From: Actinomycetes bacterium
Lineage (GTDB): Bacteria; Actinomycetota; UBA4738; HRBIN12
Length of the DNA stretch: 64,000 nucleotides
Assembly: GCA_025351565.1 (NCBI GenBank)
Contig: JANXVR010000103.1
Location: forward strand, 697 to 64,696
Reading direction: 5' to 3'
A model generated the notes under the pieces. It saw only the letters and a list, made by a program, of their open reading frames with translations. It was not told the origin of the DNA and did not search any database. Within the stretch, counting starts at the first letter, position 1, and each line of letters opens with the position of its first letter. Below, in pieces: positions 59,896 through 64,000 of this stretch. Position numbers and translations under genes: made by a program.

Positions 59896-60479
59896 GCTCC
59901 CTGTCCTTCCATGAGGCGTTCCACGTATTTGGCGATCACGTCGACTTCGATATTCACCGGGTCGCCGATGACGGCCGTTCCCAATGTCGTCACGGCCAGC
60001 GTGTGCGGGATCACTGCGATGGTGACGCGCGAGGCATCCATCCCCGCGACGGTGAGACTGATGCCGTCGATGGCGATCGAACCCTTCTCGACGATGTAGC
60101 GCATGAGGTCCGCGGCAAGATCCACCTCGAACACAGCACCACCTTCGGGCTCGGAGTCGATCCCGGCGATGGTCCCGACCCCATCGACGTGCCCCTGCAC
60201 CATGTGGCCGCCCAGCCGGGCGGCGAGCGTGACCGGTCGTTCCAGGTTCACGTCCGCGCCGGGCTGGAGCCGCCGCAGGCTGGTCCGCGCCAGCGTCTCC
60301 TCGGATAGGTCGAATGCCAGTGTTCCGCCGGTGTTCTCGACCACGGTGAGGCAACATCCATCAACGGAGATCGACGCGCCGATCGGGCTGTCGGCCGTCA
60401 CCGTTCGCGCGGCGATGGTGAGCCGGTGTGGCGAGGCTTCGCGAACCTCACCGAGCTCCTCGATGATCCCGGTGAACAC
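59892..60479 (-). CDS. ribE: riboflavin synthase alpha chain
   Basis: 195-aa ORF: [12 protein letters not shown]... with the duplicated lumazine-binding repeat ([11 protein letters not shown] / [11 protein letters not shown]). Confidence 0.92.
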   Translation of the reverse strand: MFTGIIEELGEVREASPHRLTIAARTVTADSPIGASISVDGCCLTVVENTGGTLAFDLSEETLARTSLRRLQPGADVNLERPVTLAARLGGHMVQGHVDGVGTIAGIDSEPEGGAVFEVDLAADLMRYIVEKGSIAIDGISLTVAGMDASRVTIAVIPHTLAVTTLGTAVIGDPVNIEVDVIAKYVERLMEGQGA

Positions 60480-61569
60480 GTGCCACCACCTTCAGGTCGG
60501 GGCCGATCGGTTCGGCCGATGTGAGATCGAGTTGCAGCGCCTGGCCGATCGGAGCGAACCCCTGACCCGACAGGACCGAGGGGGCGTCGGCGCCGCCGAG
60601 CAACTTCGGGGCCACGTAGAGGACGACCTCATCGATGACGCCCTCCGCCACCGCTCCCCACGCGATCGTCGACCCGCCTTCCAACAGGACCCCTTGAACG
60701 TCGCGTTTGCCCAGGTGTGACATGAGTCCCGCCAAGCTGACTCGCCCGTTCGGAGCGGCGTCGCACACCAGGACTTCGGATCCGGCTGCCTCCCACTCGC
60801 GCAGGCGCCTATCGGGCGTTCGCTCGGTCGTCGCGATCAGCGTCGGCGCGGCCGTGTCGAAGAGGCGTCCGCGAGGCGGAACCCGCCCAGAGCTGTCCAC
60901 CAGGACCCGCAGCGGCGATAGGGCATGGGTGAGCGCCGGGTCACGCAGCGTGAGGGACGGATCGTCCGCGAGCGCGGTGCCGGAACCGATGATCACCGCA
61001 TCGGCCCAGGCCCGAAGGCGCTGGACGTCCGAACGAGCCTCCGCGCCGGAGATCCAGCGAGAGGTACCGTCCGTTGCCGCCGTCTTCCCGTCAAGCGTCG
61101 AGGCCATCTTCAAGGTGACCCAGGGCAGACCTGCCGTGACGTGGCGTTCGAATGCGCGATTGAGGTGCTTCGCCGCTTCGGCGCCCGGCCCAACCTGGAC
61201 GTCCAGTCCGGCGGCGCGGAGCCGGTCGAAGCCCGAGCCGTTCACGAGTGGATTGGGATCCGGGGTTGCCGCTACGAGCGAAGTGATGCCGGAGGCGATG
61301 AGGGCCTCCGTGCACGGCCCGGTTCGACCGATGTGGTTGCACGGCTCCAGGGTCACCACCGCGGTGGCGCCTCGGGCGCGATCACCCGCAGCGGCAAGCG
61401 CCATAACCTCCGCGTGCGGGGTGCCGGGGCCTTCGTGCCACCCCTCCCCGACGACATCTCCAGCGGGCGTGACGATCAGCGCGCCAACCATAGGATTCGG
61501 GGAGACATGCCCCAGGCCGCGCTCGGCCAGCTGGAGGGCCCGGTGGATATGCGCCTTCGCTTCCATCAC
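60448..61569 (-). CDS. ribD: bifunctional diaminohydroxyphosphoribosylaminopyrimidine deaminase / 5-amino-6-(5-phosphoribosylamino)uracil reductase
   Basis: 373-aa ORF: NPMVGALIV, HAEVMAL, TLEPCNHIGRTGPC (CDA zinc motif), then a reductase domain. Start is GTG 61569 or ATG 61566. Confidence 0.92.
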   Translation of the reverse strand: MMEAKAHIHRALQLAERGLGHVSPNPMVGALIVTPAGDVVGEGWHEGPGTPHAEVMALAAAGDRARGATAVVTLEPCNHIGRTGPCTEALIASGITSLVAATPDPNPLVNGSGFDRLRAAGLDVQVGPGAEAAKHLNRAFERHVTAGLPWVTLKMASTLDGKTAATDGTSRWISGAEARSDVQRLRAWADAVIIGSGTALADDPSLTLRDPALTHALSPLRVLVDSSGRVPPRGRLFDTAAPTLIATTERTPDRRLREWEAAGSEVLVCDAAPNGRVSLAGLMSHLGKRDVQGVLLEGGSTIAWGAVAEGVIDEVVLYVAPKLLGGADAPSVLSGQGFAPIGQALQLDLTSAEPIGPDLKVVARVHRDHRGAR

Positions 61570-61657
61570 ATCCCCTCACCCCGGGGCGGTGGGAGCGGAA
61601 GGGCGCACGCAGCCACCACCTGCCGGGCGCGGACGCGCGGCGGTGAGGCTGTTCGCG

Positions 61658-61784
61658 CCTGTCCCCTCTCATCCCGACTTTCACGGTCGGTCCCGGAGTT
61701 TCACCGGGTCCACCCACCGCTGGCTGCGGAGGGGTCGCGGACTGTCACCGCCGGTGGGGAATTACGCCCCGCCCCGGAAACAGG
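61658..61784 (-). promoter_or_regulatory. FMN riboswitch (RFN element) aptamer controlling ribD-ribE-ribBA-ribH
   Basis: The reverse strand reads CCUGUUUCCGGGGCGGGGCGUAAUUCCCCACCGGCGGUGACAGUCCGCGACCC...GGACCCGGUGAAACUCCGGGACCGACCGUGAAAGUCGGGAUGAGAGGGGACAGG. It contains the conserved RFN blocks (GGGGCGGGG.{3,5}AUUCCCCACCGGCGGU, GGUGAAA.UCC, CCGAC.GU.AAAGUC.GGAUG.GAG) closed by P1 CCUGU/ACAGG. It lies about 90 nt upstream of the ribD start. Confidence 0.88.
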
Positions 61785-61832
61785 CTTGTGGTACGTGCGG
61801 CCAGTATACGGGGGCGTCGGGGAAAGAAAGAG

Positions 61833-62762
61833 TTAAGGCATGCGGCGATCGACCGCGTAGCTGCTACCGGCTTGCCGTTTCGCGAACTGCTTCATCTCGG
61901 TGGCCACCGCGACCGCCTCGCCGTAGTGGGCGAAACCGCGCTTGGCGGTGGTGGCGATCCCCACACTCACGCTTACGAGCGGGATGTCCTGCTCGACGCC
62001 CCGCCGGTCCTCCATGCGGACGAACCCACGTTCGAGGTCTTCGGGGTCGTAGAACTCCGCGCGCAGCAGGTCGAACGCCTCGCAGATCTTCTTGGCCGCC
62101 GGTTCGGCGGCTTCGGTACCGACCACCGCCACGAAGTCGTCCCCACCAACGTGACCCACGAACCCCTCCGCCCCGTCGAACTCGACCACCGCGTCCTGGA
62201 TGATCCGCGCGGTGGCCTGGATGAGCCGGTCCCCGCGAACGAACCCCTTCTGGTCGTTGTAGGTCTTGAAGTTGTCGAGGTCGGAGTAGAGCACCGCGAA
62301 CGGCCGGTCCTCCCGGACCTGGCGTTCGATCTCCTCTTGGATACGGATGTTCCCGGGCAGGCCCGTGAGCGGCGAAAGGTTCCGCATCTCCTTCGCGCGG
62401 CGGAGCGTTCCCTTCACGCGCGCCAGGAGTTCGATGGGGTCGAATGGCTTGATGATGTAGTCGTCGGCGCCGGACTGCAGCCCCGTTACCTTGTCGGCAG
62501 ACAGCGCCTTCGCGGTCAGCATGATGATGCTGGTGTTCGCCGTCTGGGGGTTCTTCCGGAGCCGCTGGGCCACCTCGAACCCGTCGATCCGGGGCATCAT
62601 GACGTCCAGCAGCACCAGGTCCGGCCGGAGCTCGGCCGCCTTCTCCAGCGCCTCTTCACCGTCACCGGCAACGGCCACGTCGTACCCCGCCGACCGCAGG
62701 TTCACCTCGACGAACCGTGCGATATCCGGATCGTCGTCGACGACGAGGATCGTCTCCGGCAT
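61833..62762 (-). CDS. response regulator: receiver domain + GGDEF-type nucleotide cyclase domain (GGDDF variant)
   Basis: 309-aa ORF. REC: ILVVDDDPDI, LVLLDVMMPRIDG (phospho-Asp), MLTAK, IIKPF. GGDEF domain: LTGLPGN, VLYSDLDNFKTYNDQKGFVRGD, HVGGDDFVAV. The ATG shares 1 nt with the rpe stop. Confidence 0.85.
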   Translation of the reverse strand: MPETILVVDDDPDIARFVEVNLRSAGYDVAVAGDGEEALEKAAELRPDLVLLDVMMPRIDGFEVAQRLRKNPQTANTSIIMLTAKALSADKVTGLQSGADDYIIKPFDPIELLARVKGTLRRAKEMRNLSPLTGLPGNIRIQEEIERQVREDRPFAVLYSDLDNFKTYNDQKGFVRGDRLIQATARIIQDAVVEFDGAEGFVGHVGGDDFVAVVGTEAAEPAAKKICEAFDLLRAEFYDPEDLERGFVRMEDRRGVEQDIPLVSVSVGIATTAKRGFAHYGEAVAVATEMKQFAKRQAGSSYAVDRRMP

Positions 62763-63421
62763 CAGGCCGCTCCTTCCGCGATCATCGAGAGCTGTTCGGC
62801 CGCACCCGCGGGGTCCGGCTGACCGAAGATACCCGATGCGGCGATGAGAACCGTAGCACCGGCATCAACGGCCGCCTTGGCATTCTCGATCTTGACCCCG
62901 CCGTCGATCTCCAGGGCCACCTGGAGTCCGGCGGCATCGATCATGCGGCGGGCCTCCTCGAGGCGGGGGTAGACCGACGGGCTCAGGGGCTGGCCCGACC
63001 ATCCCGGTTCGATGCTCATGAGCATGAGGTCGTCGATGTCCTCCAGGTACGGCGCCACCGCGATGACGGGGGTTCCGAGGTTGATGGTCAGGCCGACGCC
63101 CATCCCTGCCCCGCGCGCCTTCGCGATGGCCGGAGCGGGTTCCGGGACGGCTTCGAGATGGAAACTCACTATGTCCAAGCCCGCCTCCCGAAGCTCGTCG
63201 AAGTACTGAGCGGGGGCGTCGACCATGAGGTGCCCGTGGAAGGTGACCTGGGTCACCGGTCGGAGCGAGGCCACGACCACCGCGCCCAGCGCGATCGGCG
63301 GCACGAAGTGCCCGTCCATGATGTCGATGTGGAACATGTCCACGAAGGGTTCGACGGCCTTGACCTGGTCTGCCAGGTGTGCGAGATCGGCGCCGAGGAT
63401 AGACGCGGAGAGGCTTCCCAT
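62762..63421 (-). CDS. rpe: ribulose-phosphate 3-epimerase
   Basis: ORF 62762..63505 from ATG 63421: MGSLSASILGADLAHLADQVKAVEPFVDMFHIDIMDGHFVPPIALG...MSIEPGWSGQ...IDGGV. Confidence 0.9.
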   Translation of the reverse strand: MGSLSASILGADLAHLADQVKAVEPFVDMFHIDIMDGHFVPPIALGAVVVASLRPVTQVTFHGHLMVDAPAQYFDELREAGLDIVSFHLEAVPEPAPAIAKARGAGMGVGLTINLGTPVIAVAPYLEDIDDLMLMSIEPGWSGQPLSPSVYPRLEEARRMIDAAGLQVALEIDGGVKIENAKAAVDAGATVLIAASGIFGQPDPAGAAEQLSMIAEGAA

Positions 63422-63458
63422 GCCGGAATGGTACCCGGGACCGCCGGTCGGCCCTTCT

Positions 63459-64000
63459 TCAGTCTCGCTTGCGGAACGCCGCGATGAACATGCCGTCGCC
63501 GCCACTCTTGTGCGGCCAGATGCGGTGACGCAGGGCTTCGCCGCTCGGTCCGACGGTGGCTTCAGGGACTAGGTCGGGGCGGTGACGGAGCAGGGCGTCG
63601 GCGGCGGCGTCCGTTTCGGCTCTCGGGAACGTGCAGACGGCGTAGACGAGCCTGCCGCCCGGCTTCAGGAGATCCGAGGCGGTGGCCGCGATCTCAACCT
63701 GCTGGAGCGCGAGCTTGGTCGGATCCTCCTTCTTCCCCCGCCACAGCAGCTCAGGCCGCCGGCGCGCGGACCCCAGCCCACTACAGGGCGCGTCGACCAG
63801 GACCCGATCGAACGGGCCGCGAACCGCCCGCACGGTGATGTCCTGCGCGAAGGCGGAAACGTTCTCCATCCGCAGGCGTGAGGCGGAACGCTTCACCAGC
63901 CCAGCGCGACGAGGGTGGATGTCGCCGGCGAACACGTGGCCGGTGGGTCCCACCAGACACGCCGCCATCGAGGCCTTCCCCCCGGGTCCCGCGCACGCGT
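63459..64000 (-). CDS. rsmB: 16S rRNA (cytosine-C5)-methyltransferase RsmB/Sun, C-terminal part (gene continues beyond the window end)
   Basis: The frame is open to position 64000. Manual translation of the last bases gives ...ACAGPGGKASMAACLVGPTGHVFAGDIH (SAM motif I), then VLVDAPCSGLGSARRRPELLW (motif IV) and RLVYAVCTFPRAE (motif VI Cys). Confidence 0.8.
   Translation of the reverse strand, partial: ACAGPGGKASMAACLVGPTGHVFAGDIHPRRAGLVKRSASRLRMENVSAFAQDITVRAVRGPFDRVLVDAPCSGLGSARRRPELLWRGKKEDPTKLALQQVEIAATASDLLKPGGRLVYAVCTFPRAETDAAADALLRHRPDLVPEATVGPSGEALRHRIWPHKSGGDGMFIAAFRKRD

Overview
High-GC actinobacterial-type chromosome segment made up almost entirely of housekeeping genes. I can support about 62 protein genes, roughly 50 of them on the minus strand and many joined by 4-nt ATGA/GTGA stop-start overlaps. 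There is also one complete rrn operon (16S-23S-5S, minus strand, about 39280..44355, no tRNA in the spacer), one tRNA-Pro(GGG) and one FMN riboswitch in front of ribD. From memory, gene order matches conserved Actinomycetota core blocks:
- gcvH / FHA protein / ftsR / DUF151 nuclease / merR / gcvP
- der-cmk-aroA-tyrA
- rluB-scpB-scpA
- xerD / nudix / pyrG / steB(mctB) / steA / recN / nadK / tlyA
- tyrS / mpg
- pheST / tsnR-like / rplT-rpmI-infC
- ribH-ribBA-ribE-ribD-rpe-rsmB

The split glycine dehydrogenase (gcvPA/gcvPB) hints at a deep-branching actinobacterial lineage; this is inference only. I found no CRISPR array, IS element, prophage or toxin-antitoxin pair.

The content that the core synteny does not explain, in decreasing order of interest:
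1. A compact thumb-less reverse transcriptase (1047..1769) whose stop overlaps the start of a YtcJ-type amidohydrolase (1766..3280). It sits divergent from an Lrp regulator and is followed by a structured 310-nt non-coding stretch. This is my best candidate for an undescribed system.
2. A SpoU/TrmH RNA methyltransferase fused to a histidine-kinase core with a degenerate ATP-binding domain (54921..56345).
3. An orphan receiver-GGDEF protein with a GGDDF signature, wedged between rpe and the FMN riboswitch (61833..62762).
4. A site-2-protease homologue whose HExxH is RExxR (22430..23218).
5. Non-canonical or unresolved start codons for infC and steA.

All functional calls rest on my own motif and homology recognition in the supplied translations. 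No database search was run, and rRNA and regulatory-element ends are approximate.
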